Positions 22,244 through 31,693 of a stretch of DNA of 64,000 nt are shown one piece after another. The first letter of the stretch is position 1. Each line of letters begins with the position of its first letter. The notes under the pieces are model-generated. The model was not told where the DNA came from and searched no databases. It saw only the letters and a program-made list of their open reading frames with translations. The translations under genes were made by a program, and so were the position numbers. Source of the stretch: an uncultured Thermoleophilia bacterium (lineage in GTDB: Bacteria; Actinomycetota; Thermoleophilia; Gaiellales; Gaiellaceae); the NCBI GenBank assembly GCA_963736945.1, contig CAVTQW010000009.1, positions 199,201-263,200 of the forward strand, given 5' to 3'.

Positions 22244-22269
22244 GTTTGTCTGTGAGGGCAAACGGGTAC
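22244..22269 (+). promoter_or_regulatory. SigB/SigF-type promoter GTTT-N16-GGGTAC
   Basis: Consensus match immediately upstream of the molybdoenzyme gene. Confidence 0.6.
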
Positions 22270-22280
22270 GCCGTGCAGCG

Positions 22281-24620
22281 GTGTCTCGAGCTGAAGGCCT
22301 AAAGGCATCGACGGCTGCGGCGAGGATCGTAGACCCGTGGGGTGAGCGGATGCCGTATCCGCGTGGCGGCGAGTGGCCTGTGCGGGTTGACGAGCATGTG
22401 GACGGTTTCGTGGAGCGATGGGTGCGGTCGGCCTGCGTGCTCTGTTCCCATGGCTGCGGCCTCGAGATCGGCGTTCGCGGCGGTCGTATCGTCGGGGTCC
22501 GTGGAAGTGGGAGCGACCGTGTGAACCATGGTCGGCTTGGCCCGAAGGGCCTTTACGGCTGGCAGGCCAATAATGCGGAGGACAGGCTGCTGCATCCGCT
22601 CGTGCGCCGCGACGGGGAGCTCCGTGAGGCGAGCTGGGACGAGGCGATGGATCGTGTGGTGGCGCGTTCGCGCGAGCTGCTCGCGTCGAAGGGGAGTGGT
22701 GCGCTCGGGTTCTATACGAGCGGCCAGCTGTTCATCGAGGACTACTACACCCTTGCTCTCGTCGCGCGGGGCGGTATCGGCACGAACCACCTCGACGGCA
22801 ACACGCGCCTCTGCACGGCGACGGCGGGCCAGGCGTTGAAGGAGACGTTCGGGTGTGACGGTCAGCCCGCGGGCCTCCACGACATCGAGTATTGCGACAC
22901 GATCTTGCACGTCGGGATCAACACGGCCGAGTCGCAGACGGTGCTGTGGATGCACGAGCTCGACCGGCTGCACGGGCCCGACCCTCCGCGCTCGGTTGTC
23001 ATCGACCCCCGCGAGACGCAGTCGGCCCGGGCGTCGGAGGTGCACCTCGCGATCCGGCCGGGGACGAACCTCGCGGTGTTGAACGGGATCGCCCAGCAGC
23101 TGATCGAGAACGACTGGGTCGACCGTGCCTTCGTCGCGGCCCACACCGTCGGCATCGAAGCGCTCGAGAAGACGGTGGCGCCGTACACGCCCGAGCTCGT
23201 GGCCGAGGTCTGCGCCGTATCCGCCGCCGATGTTCGGCGTGCGGCGCAGATCGTCGGCGAAGCGGAGAGTTTGCTCACCTTCGTGCTGCAGGGCGTCTAT
23301 CAGTCACATCAGGCGACGGCGTCCGCGTGCGCGGCGAACAACGTCAACCTCCTGCGCGGGATGATCGGCCGGCCGGGCGCCGGGATCTTGCAGATGAACG
23401 GCCAGCCGACGGCGCAGAACACGCGTGAGACAGGCTGCAACGGCGACCTGCCGGGCTTTCGTAACTGGCAGAACGAGGAGCACGTCGCGGAGTTGGCGCG
23501 GCTGTGGAACGTGGAGCCCGACCAGATACCGCACTGGGGGCCGCCGACGCACGCGATGGAGATCTTCCGGTACGCGGAGCAGGGCTCGATCGGGTTCCTC
23601 TGGGTCAGCGGCACGAACCCGGCGGTGTCGCTGCCCGACCTGCGGCGGATCCGCTCGATCCTGGCGCAGGAGGGCCTGTTCCTCGTCGTCTCGGACGCGT
23701 TCCTGACGGAGACGGCTCGGCTCGCCGACGTCGTGCTGCCGACGGCGTTGTGGGGCGAGAAGACGGGCACGTTCACGAACGCGGACCGGACCGTCCACCT
23801 CTCCGAGCAGGCGGTCGATCCGCCCGGGCAGGCGCGGCCGGACGGGGCGATCTTCGCCGATTACGCCCGGCGGCTGGGCCTGAAGGACAGGGACGGGCAG
23901 CCGCTCGTGAAGTGGTCGACGCCGGAGGAGTGCTTCGAGGCCTGGAAGGAGTGCAGCCGCGGCCGGCCGTGCGACTACACGGGTCTCGGCTACGACAAGC
24001 TCCGCCGCCACAACGGCATCCAGTGGCCGTGCAACGGGCAGGCGCCCGAAGGCACGGAGCGCCTCTACTCGGACCTTGTGTTCCCGACCTTCCCCGAGGT
24101 CTGCGAGGACTACGGACACGACGTCGTCACCGGCGCGTCGTTCACCGAAGCGGATTTCAGGGCTCTCGGAGCCGATGGCCGGGCGATTCTCAAGGCGGCC
24201 GAGTGGACGCCACCGCACGAGTGGGCGGGAGGCGACTACCCGTTCACGCTCACGACCGGCCGCACCGTCTACCACTTCCACACCCGCACGAAGACCGGCC
24301 GCGCGCCGGAGCTCGAGGCGGCGGCACCGGACGCGTGGGCGGAGTTGTTCCCGGCGGATGCCGAGCGGCTCGGGATCGCGGATGGCGACCTGGTGCGCGT
24401 CTCCTCGCCCCGCGGCTCGATCGTCGCTCCCGCGCGCCTCGGCGGCCCACGCGAGGGCGTCGTCTTCGTTCCCTTCCACTACGGCTACTGGGATGTCGGC
24501 GACGGCGCCGGCCCCGACGGCCGTCCTCGCGCGGCGAACGAGCTGACGATCACGCTCTGGGATCCCGTCTCGAAGCAGCCGCGGTTCAAGACCGCCGCAG
24601 TGAAGGTGGAGAGGGCGTGA
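22281..24620 (+). CDS. Molybdopterin (Mo-bisPGD) oxidoreductase, NarB/NasA-like
   Basis: CVLCSHGC, YTSGQL, DGNTRLC, EKTGTFTNADR, LTTGRTVYHFHTRTKT, DPVSKQPRFK. Confidence 0.9.
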   Translation: MSRAEGLKASTAAARIVDPWGERMPYPRGGEWPVRVDEHVDGFVERWVRSACVLCSHGCGLEIGVRGGRIVGVRGSGSDRVNHGRLGPKGLYGWQANNAEDRLLHPLVRRDGELREASWDEAMDRVVARSRELLASKGSGALGFYTSGQLFIEDYYTLALVARGGIGTNHLDGNTRLCTATAGQALKETFGCDGQPAGLHDIEYCDTILHVGINTAESQTVLWMHELDRLHGPDPPRSVVIDPRETQSARASEVHLAIRPGTNLAVLNGIAQQLIENDWVDRAFVAAHTVGIEALEKTVAPYTPELVAEVCAVSAADVRRAAQIVGEAESLLTFVLQGVYQSHQATASACAANNVNLLRGMIGRPGAGILQMNGQPTAQNTRETGCNGDLPGFRNWQNEEHVAELARLWNVEPDQIPHWGPPTHAMEIFRYAEQGSIGFLWVSGTNPAVSLPDLRRIRSILAQEGLFLVVSDAFLTETARLADVVLPTALWGEKTGTFTNADRTVHLSEQAVDPPGQARPDGAIFADYARRLGLKDRDGQPLVKWSTPEECFEAWKECSRGRPCDYTGLGYDKLRRHNGIQWPCNGQAPEGTERLYSDLVFPTFPEVCEDYGHDVVTGASFTEADFRALGADGRAILKAAEWTPPHEWAGGDYPFTLTTGRTVYHFHTRTKTGRAPELEAAAPDAWAELFPADAERLGIADGDLVRVSSPRGSIVAPARLGGPREGVVFVPFHYGYWDVGDGAGPDGRPRAANELTITLWDPVSKQPRFKTAAVKVERA

Positions 24621-25046
24621 AGATCGGCCCACTCCTCGCCCATCTCGACGAGCTCGAGGCATGCTACGCCGAGGCCCTGAGGAGCTCCGCACGACGGTTC
24701 CCGGACGAGCACGACGTCTTTCACCAGTGCCTGACCTTCGCCGCCGCGGCCGACCGCTGCCGCGAAGAAGCTCGAGCCGCTCCGAAAGCGCTACCACGGC
24801 GAGGCCGACTGGCAGACGGTCTCCCCCCGCACGGGAAAGGTGCTCCTGGAGGAACTTCGCGCGCTCTACCTGCTCGCCCACGAGGTGGCCGTGACGTGGG
24901 CGATGGCGCTCCAGGCCGCACAGGCAGCGCGCGACGCGGAGCTGAAGGAGGTCGCCGGCGACTGCCACACCGAGGCGGAGACGCAGGCGAAGTGGTTCCT
25001 GACCCGGATCAAGACCGGCGCACCCCAGGCGCTCGTGGTCGAATGA
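24617..25046 (+). CDS. Helical hypothetical protein coupled to the molybdoenzyme (frameshift near 24765)
   Basis: GTGA overlap; LLEELRALYLLAHEV..W..QAAQAARD.EL..C..E...Q.KWF.TRIK..APQALVV. Confidence 0.7.
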
Positions 25047-25736
25047 CGGAGACGCCGGGAGAGGCGGCCGCGCGCGAGGAGCTCACGGGCACGCATCGTC
25101 CTGCGCCCACTGGCGGGCCCGCTCGCGCTGGGGTTCTTCGGCCTCGCCGCCGGAACGTTCGTCGTCGCCGGACTTCAGCTCGGCTGGGCGAGTCCGAACG
25201 AAGGCAGGCAGGTCGCCCTATGCCTGCTCGCCTTCACGGCGCCGCTCCAGTTCACCGCCTCGATCTTTGGGTTCCTCGCCCGAGACGGGGTCGTAGCAAC
25301 GGGCATGGGCCTCCTCAGCGGGATCTGGGCAGCGACCGGCCTCGTCCTGCTGACCGGCACGCCCGGCTCGACGAGCAACGCGCTCGGCCTCTTCCTCGTC
25401 ATCGCAGGAATCGCCATGTGGGCACCCGCCTCAGCGGCAGCGGCCGGCAAGCTCGTGCCGGCGCTGGTGCTGGCAACGGCCGGCCTGCGGTTCGTGCTCA
25501 CCGGAATCTACGAGATCTCGGGCTCCGAGACGTGGGAGAACACCGCTGGGGTGATCGGGCTGATCCTGACCGCGCTGGCCGTCTACGCCGCATACGCCGC
25601 CGAGTACGAAGACGTCCTCAAGCGACCCGTGCTGCCACTCGGGCGGCGCGGCAAAGGCCGCCAGGCACTCGACGGCACCTACGGCCAGCAAGTCGCGGCA
25701 CTCGCGCGCGAACCCGGCGTCCGGCAGCAGCTCTAG
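25043..25736 (+). CDS. GPR1/FUN34/YaaH (SatP-like) channel family protein (frameshift near 25085)
   Basis: RIVLRPTGGPLALGFFGLA, FGFLARD, C-terminal AREPGVRQQL; ATGA overlap. Confidence 0.7.
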
Positions 25737-26104
25737 GGCGGGCGCTGACACTACGAGGGGCTTCCGTCCGGTTCTACTTCCAAGCGTTCGCACAAGGACC
25801 TACACAGCCGCCCCGCACCACTCGCGCCGGCTCCGGCCGCCCTCGGGTTCGGCTATGAGCCGGGTATGGTTCAGGGTCCTGAGTCGGAGGCTTCGTCTCC
25901 GTCTTGGCCCAGCTCCCGAGCTCTGTGCGAAGCGCGTCGTCGCCGTTGTTGATCACGGCGCGGGACATCGTGCTCGCCCTACCGTAGGTGTGCCCGACGC
26001 GTCGGCGTGTCAGTCGGATCGTCGTGGTGAAAGACCACTTCGGTGCGGGCGAACTGGCGGCGCTGCGCGATCGTGAGGAGACGCCGGAGTTCCGATCGAG
26101 GGCA

Positions 26105-26215
26105 AGCGCTCCGGAAGGGTGCGGAACAAGTCCGGTGACCTCTACAAGCCGAGCGCGACCCGCAGCTACGAACGCGCCCTGCGCGACCGCGTCCTCCCCG
26201 AACTCGACGCAATGC
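26105..26215 (+). mobile_element. Tyrosine integrase N-terminal remnant
   Basis: RVRNKSGDLYKPSATRSYERALRDRVLPEL resembles the integrase core-binding helix; adjacent to a tRNA fragment. Confidence 0.55.
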
Positions 26216-26226
26216 TCTTTTCGTGA

Positions 26227-26278
26227 TGCCCCCGGCAAGAATCGAACTTGCGCACGCAGTTTAGTTAGGAAGCGCTGC
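26227..26278 (-). other. tRNA-Arg(CCT) 3'-half fragment, att-site-like
   Basis: Minus strand ttcctaa(ctaa)actgcgtgcgcaagttcgattcttgccgggggca: T-arm and acceptor 3' strand, no 5' half. Confidence 0.7.
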
Positions 26279-26328
26279 GGCTCTTGCAGAAAACAGCACT
26301 TTGCAGGTATTCTTTGGGGATCGAGCCG

Positions 26329-26352
26329 CCGCGCGACAGTCCGCGCGACAGT
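26329..26352. repeat. Tandem 12-bp direct repeat ccgcgcgacagt x2 (arm-type-site-like)
   Basis: Exact tandem 50 bp from the tRNA fragment. Confidence 0.6.
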
Positions 26353-26524
26353 TTCGTAGCTGCTCTCCCGTCTGGTGCGCCGTGTCGTTGATCGGCTGCA
26401 GGAACCCGTCCCAGCCGGCCGGCGGTGAGGCTGCCCTTGGTGATCGCGTAGCTGCCGACGTCCTTGCCGGCCGCCCGCACCAGTCCGCCGGAGAGGCTGT
26501 CGCCGGTCTGCAGGGCGCCGTTCG

Positions 26525-26714
26525 GGACGTCCGTAACGTCGCAGACGACCGGCTCCGCGCCGGCGTCGGCCGCCACGGGGAGTCCAGCCTCGTCTCGATC
26601 GACGGCGACGACATTCGCACGCTTGAGCAGCACGAGGGCCGTCGCGCGCCCGATTCCGCTCGCCGCTCCCGTGACGACCGCGCGAGCACCTGCGATCCCT
26701 GCGATCTCGCTCAC
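26525..26714 (-). pseudogene. Truncated SDR oxidoreductase (N-terminal Rossmann part only)
   Basis: AVVTGAASGIGRATA..VVCDVTD, then unrelated sequence. Confidence 0.7.
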
Positions 26715-27685
26715 AGGTGGTCGGCCAGGTCGACGAGGTTGCCGAGGTCCCCGAGATCACCGTCGAGATAGTGCGGAAGGTTCCGCCGGAAGAGATCCAT
26801 CGAGCGTGCCCAGCCTTCAGGGCTTCCACCGGAGATGTGTGAGGTGACGAGCACGTGGGGATGTGTCCAGAAGGGGCTCTCGGGCGGCAGTGGCTCTGGC
26901 TCGACGACGTCGAGCACGGCGCCGCGGACCCGGTCGTCCGCGAGCGCGGCGAGGAGCGCCTCCTGGTCGACGAGACCACCGCGGGCGATGTTGACGAGTC
27001 CCACGCCGTGCTTCATCGCATGGAACTCCGCGTCGCCGAGGAGATGCCGGGTCGTCGAGTTGAGCGAGGCGGTCAGAACGACGTAGTCGCACGCGCCGAG
27101 CAGCCGAGGGAGCCCTTCGGTTCCGAGTAGCCGGTCGACCGGCTCGCCTGCGGTCACGATGGGCTTTCGCTTGGTCGCCCATACCTCCATCCCGAGGGCC
27201 TTGCAGACAGTCGCCAGGTAGCGGCCCGTCGCCCCGTAGCCGACGATGCCGACCCGTTTGCCATAGAGCTCGGTCCCTGAAACCGGCTCGTGGTTCCAGC
27301 GACGCTGCTTCTGCTGCTCGATCAGGCGCGGCAGGTCGCGCGCGATCGAGACCATGCCGGCGAGCGCGTACTCGGCCATCGCGGGCGCGTAGACGCCAGA
27401 ACTGTTCGTCACGAGCACGCCGCGCGCCTGGAGCTCCGGCGAGGCGAAGCTCTCGATCCCGGCGCCGGTCGAGTGGATCCAGCGCAGGCCCGGCATCCGG
27501 TCGATGAGCTCCCGGAACGAGAGCGGCCCTTCGTTGAGGCCGTACACCGCGATCTCCGCCTCGCGAAGCCGGGCTTCGTCCTCCCCGCCGCGGAGCGGGA
27601 GCAGGCGGACGCGTCCTCCACCGGCCACTTCGATCTCCTCGCCGTGCTTCTCGGCGAGCGCCTGCGCGATCGCGACGGTGATCAC
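26711..27685 (-). CDS. D-2-hydroxyacid dehydrogenase
   Basis: GIVGYGATG, LVNIARG, LDVVEPEPLP, TSHISG. Confidence 0.9.
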   Translation of the reverse strand: MITVAIAQALAEKHGEEIEVAGGGRVRLLPLRGGEDEARLREAEIAVYGLNEGPLSFRELIDRMPGLRWIHSTGAGIESFASPELQARGVLVTNSSGVYAPAMAEYALAGMVSIARDLPRLIEQQKQRRWNHEPVSGTELYGKRVGIVGYGATGRYLATVCKALGMEVWATKRKPIVTAGEPVDRLLGTEGLPRLLGACDYVVLTASLNSTTRHLLGDAEFHAMKHGVGLVNIARGGLVDQEALLAALADDRVRGAVLDVVEPEPLPPESPFWTHPHVLVTSHISGGSPEGWARSMDLFRRNLPHYLDGDLGDLGNLVDLADHL

Positions 27686-29781
27686 GCCTCGAGCCCGTTG
27701 CCGGCCGAGAGAGCCCCGACCCGGATGCTCGACGCCGCGGCGCGCCGGGACAGCTCGTCGAGCGGTAAGTGGCAGCGCAGCTTGTGACCCTCGCCCGACG
27801 ACTGCCACGGCGGCGCCACCTCGTCGCAGACCGGCCCGACCTTCCACGGGCAGCGATCCGCGAACGGGCACGCGCTGGGCGGGCGCGACGTCGCGACGCC
27901 CGGATCGGTGCGGACGGCCGCCGAGATCTCGGTCTCGCCCTCGATCTCCGGGACGGCCGAGAGAAGCATGTGCGTATACGGGTGATACGGGGGCGCGTAC
28001 ACGTCCTGGACGGAGCCGACCTCGCAGAGCTCGCCGAGGTAGAGCACGCCGACCCGGTGCGACAGCGAGCGGACGACGGCGAGGTCGTGCGAGATAAAGA
28101 GGTACGCGATCCCCTGATCCGCCTGGAGCACGCGCAGGAGCTCGACGATGCTCGTCTGCACCGACACGTCGAGAGCGGACAGGATCTCGTCGCAGAGCAT
28201 CAGCCGCGGCCGCGCGGCAAGCGCGCGGGCGATCGCGATGCGCTGGCGCTCGCCGCCCGAGAGCTGGTCCGGGTAGCGGCTTGCGAACGAGGCGTCGAGC
28301 TGCACGTCCTCGAGCGCTCGTGCCACGCCGTCGCGGCGGGCCTTTCCGTGCAGTCCGAAGAACAGCTCGAGCGGGCGACCCACGATCTGGTGCACGCGTT
28401 GGCGGGGATTGAGTGACGCATCCGGGTTCTGGAGGACGAGCTGGATCTCGCGCCGGACAGTCTTCGACCGGGATCGCGCGGTGGCGGCGAGGGTGCGGCC
28501 CTCGAAGGTGATCTGCCCGGCGAGCGGCCCCAGGAGCCCGCCGATGGTGCGTGCGATGGTCGACTTGCCGCTGCCGGACTCGCCGACGAGCGAGAAGGTC
28601 TCGCGCGCACGGAGGTCGAAGGCGACGTCGCGGACGATCACCAGGGGCTCCGGCCGGGTGGGCGAGAGGCGGTGCCGGTGCCTGTCGTACGTGATCGAGA
28701 GGTCGGAGACGTCGAGCAGCTGCTCGTCGGCGGCCGCCACGAGCGGGACGTAACTCGCCAGTGAGCCGCTCCGCGCTGCGATCCGCTCCACGTCCTCGAC
28801 GCGGCGGCACGCAACGTCATGCGCCTCGCCTACCGGAAGGAGCACCTGGCGCTCGTCGAAGCACTCGGCCTCAGCGAAGTCGCAGCGGGGCGCGAAGCGG
28901 CAGCCGGTCGGCAGCTCGCTCCTCCTGAGCAGCCCGCGCAGGACGACGTCCCGGCTGCGGTGCGGCTCCGCGATCGACGGGACGGCCGAGATCAGACCGC
29001 GCGTGTACGGGTGCCGGGGGTGCGAGAAGAGCTCGCGCACCGGGGCGTCCTCGACGAGCTCGCCGGCGTACATCACGCCGACGCGGTCGCAGACCGTCGC
29101 GACGACGGCGAGGTTGTGCGTGACATAGACCATCGCCATGTCGAGGTCGGCGCGCAGCCGGCGCAGCAGGTCGAGAATCTGCGCTTCCGTCGTCACGTCG
29201 AGACCGGTGGTCGGCTCGTCGAGGACAACGAGCTCCGGGTCGCAGGCAAGCGCCATCGCGATGACGACGCGCTGCTGCTGGCCTCCGGAGAGCTGGTGGG
29301 GGTACTTGCGCGCGGTCGCTTCCGCGTCCGGGAGACGGACGTGTGCGATCAACTCGCGGACGCGGCCCTGACGCTCGGCCCGCGACTTGCCGACGCCGTG
29401 CACCGACATGGCCTCGACGAGCTGGTCGCCGATGCGAATGCCCGGCGATAGCGCCGTCGTGGGGTTCTGCGGGACGATGCTGACTCGCCGCCCGCGCACC
29501 TTCTGGAGCTCGCGTCGCGACAGATGAGCAAGGTCGCGGCCGCCGAGGTGGATGGCGCCGGAGCGGATCCGGCTGCCCGGACGCTGAGCGCCGAGCAGCG
29601 AGAGAGCGGTCGTCGTCTTGCCGCAGCCGGACTCGCCGACGAGCCCCAGCGCTTCGCCACGACGAAGCTCGAACGACACGTTGTTGACCACGTTGTTCCA
29701 GCGGTCGTTCGACCAGAAGTCGATCGTCAGACCCTCCACGCGGACGAGGGCCTCCTGCGTCACACGTCGAACGGCCGTCAC
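27682..29781 (-). CDS. Dipeptide/oligopeptide ABC ATP-binding protein with two fused ATPase domains
   Basis: GESGCGKT and GESGSGKS Walker A, two LSGG signatures, HPYT and CxFxxRC tails. Confidence 0.92.
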   Translation of the reverse strand: MTAVRRVTQEALVRVEGLTIDFWSNDRWNNVVNNVSFELRRGEALGLVGESGCGKTTTALSLLGAQRPGSRIRSGAIHLGGRDLAHLSRRELQKVRGRRVSIVPQNPTTALSPGIRIGDQLVEAMSVHGVGKSRAERQGRVRELIAHVRLPDAEATARKYPHQLSGGQQQRVVIAMALACDPELVVLDEPTTGLDVTTEAQILDLLRRLRADLDMAMVYVTHNLAVVATVCDRVGVMYAGELVEDAPVRELFSHPRHPYTRGLISAVPSIAEPHRSRDVVLRGLLRRSELPTGCRFAPRCDFAEAECFDERQVLLPVGEAHDVACRRVEDVERIAARSGSLASYVPLVAAADEQLLDVSDLSITYDRHRHRLSPTRPEPLVIVRDVAFDLRARETFSLVGESGSGKSTIARTIGGLLGPLAGQITFEGRTLAATARSRSKTVRREIQLVLQNPDASLNPRQRVHQIVGRPLELFFGLHGKARRDGVARALEDVQLDASFASRYPDQLSGGERQRIAIARALAARPRLMLCDEILSALDVSVQTSIVELLRVLQADQGIAYLFISHDLAVVRSLSHRVGVLYLGELCEVGSVQDVYAPPYHPYTHMLLSAVPEIEGETEISAAVRTDPGVATSRPPSACPFADRCPWKVGPVCDEVAPPWQSSGEGHKLRCHLPLDELSRRAAASSIRVGALSAGNGLEA

Positions 29782-30671
29782 GGAGTCCGCTCCACGGAGC
29801 GCCCGAGCGCGCGGGCCATGCCGTCGGTCACGAGGTTCAGGCTGATCACGAGAAGCGCGAGCGCTGCCGACGGCGCGAGCACCGTGAGCGGCGCCGTGAA
29901 GAGGGCTGCGCGGTTCTCGCTGATCATGAGGCCCCACTCCGGCGAGGGAGGCTGTGCGCCGAAGCCGAGGAATCCGAGCGAGCTGATCAGGATCGGTGCG
30001 TATCCGGCGCGGACGCCGAATTCGACGAGCAGGACGCCCGCAGCGTTCGGGGTCAGCTCGCGCCAGACGATCGAGTGCACGGATTCACCACGTGCGACTG
30101 CGACGGTGACGAAGTCGCGAGTCACGAGGTCGGCGGCGACCGAGCGGGCCATCCGCGCGATACGGGGGGCGTAGACGAGGACGACGACCCCGATGAGGAG
30201 GAAGCTGCTACCCGAAAGCTCCGGCCCGGCTGCGGCGATCGCGAGCAGGGCCAACACCAGCAAGGGAATGCTGATGATCGTCTCGAAGAGGCGCATGAGA
30301 GTCTCGTCGACCCAGCCGCCCACGAGTCCGCACGCCAGCCCGATCAGACCACCGATCACGGTCGCGATGAAGGTGCTCGTGAGTGCGAGGTACAGGACGT
30401 CGCGCGTTCCGTAGACGACGCGGCTGAACACGTCGCGGCCGAGGATGTCGGTGCCGAAGAGATGGGCCCTGCTCGCGCCCTCGAACGGCGCCCCCGTACC
30501 CGCTTGATACGGATCGTACGGCGCCCACAGATGGCCCGTGAGCGCGACCAGGAAGTACGCGAGCAGGACCAGAGCCGCGACCCGGGCGCTCATCGGAAAG
30601 CGCCGGAGAAACCTCCGAAGACGCGTGCGCTCCACGGCGACCGGAAGCTCGGCTGTGGTGACGCTCGTCAC
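29778..30671 (-). CDS. Peptide ABC permease (DppC-like)
   Basis: HLFGTDILGRDVFSRVVYG, LGFLGFGAQPPSPEWG. Confidence 0.92.
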   Translation of the reverse strand: MTSVTTAELPVAVERTRLRRFLRRFPMSARVAALVLLAYFLVALTGHLWAPYDPYQAGTGAPFEGASRAHLFGTDILGRDVFSRVVYGTRDVLYLALTSTFIATVIGGLIGLACGLVGGWVDETLMRLFETIISIPLLVLALLAIAAAGPELSGSSFLLIGVVVLVYAPRIARMARSVAADLVTRDFVTVAVARGESVHSIVWRELTPNAAGVLLVEFGVRAGYAPILISSLGFLGFGAQPPSPEWGLMISENRAALFTAPLTVLAPSAALALLVISLNLVTDGMARALGRSVERTP

Positions 30672-31615
30672 GGCGTCCTGAGGCGAGGATTCAGCAGCAT
30701 CGCGAGCACGTCGGCCACGAGGTTGGCGATGATGTAGACGGCCGCGGCAAGCAGCGCGATCGCTTCGACCACCGGCACGTCGCGAACGGAGACCGAGTCG
30801 ACGAGCAGCTTGCCCAATCCGGGGTACGAGAAGACCGACTCCACGACAACGATGCCGCCGATGAGATACGTGAGGTTGAGCGCGGTGACGTTCAGCGCCG
30901 GCCCGAGTGAGTTCGGCAGCGCATGGCGCACCACGACACGCCAGCGCGGGACACCCTTGAGCGTGGCCATCCGGACGTACTCGGAGTCGAGCACGTCGAT
31001 CAGGTTGTCGCGCAGCATCCGGATCGCGTAGACGGACATGGCGACCATCAGCGTCACCGCCGGTAGCACGGTCGCGTGGAGACGCGTCGCGAGGTCGTCG
31101 CCCGGACTGACGATGGAGAGCGCAGGCGCGACCGAGAGCTGGACCGCGAACACGAAGATGAGGAGCGTCCCGAGCACGAACTCCGGGATCGAAAGCCCGA
31201 CGAGCGTGACCACCGAGATCAGCGAGTCCGTGAGCCTCCCTTTCGTGAGCGCCGCCAGCGTCGCCAGAACGAGCGTGACCGGGATGTACAGGAGGAATGC
31301 GAAGGTGCCGAGAAACAGCGTGTTCTTCGCGCTCGTGCCGATCGTCGCCGTGACGGTCTCGTCGTTTACGAGCGAACGGCCGAGGTCGCCGCGTGCGACG
31401 CCGGCGATCCAGTCGCCGTACCGCTCCCAGACCGGCTCGTCGAGCTGCAAGTGGTCGCGAAAGACCTGACGCTGCTCCTCGGAGGACTCGCGACCGAGCA
31501 CGCGTTCGGCGATGTCACCCGGGAGGACGCTCGTGAAGAAATAGATGAGCGCCGACACGATCAGGAGCGTGCCGACCGCGAGCACGAGACGCTGGGCGAT
31601 GAGTCTCAGAATCAC
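30668..31615 (-). CDS. Peptide ABC permease (DppB-like)
   Basis: LPGD, GDLGRS, EYVRMATLKG, RHALPN, VESVFSYPGLG. Confidence 0.92.
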   Translation of the reverse strand: MILRLIAQRLVLAVGTLLIVSALIYFFTSVLPGDIAERVLGRESSEEQRQVFRDHLQLDEPVWERYGDWIAGVARGDLGRSLVNDETVTATIGTSAKNTLFLGTFAFLLYIPVTLVLATLAALTKGRLTDSLISVVTLVGLSIPEFVLGTLLIFVFAVQLSVAPALSIVSPGDDLATRLHATVLPAVTLMVAMSVYAIRMLRDNLIDVLDSEYVRMATLKGVPRWRVVVRHALPNSLGPALNVTALNLTYLIGGIVVVESVFSYPGLGKLLVDSVSVRDVPVVEAIALLAAAVYIIANLVADVLAMLLNPRLRTP

Positions 31616-31631
31616 AGCTGTCGGGGTATTT

Positions 31632-31675
31632 GCCTGCCGCCCGGGCCGTCCCAGCGGGCGGCCCGAGCGGCAGGC
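31632..31675 (-). terminator. Intercistronic stem-loop after the peptide-binding protein gene
   Basis: gcctgccgc..cgggccg / cggcccg..gcggcaggc inverted repeat. Confidence 0.6.
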
Positions 31676-31693
31676 CTGCTTACAGCGGGCGGA

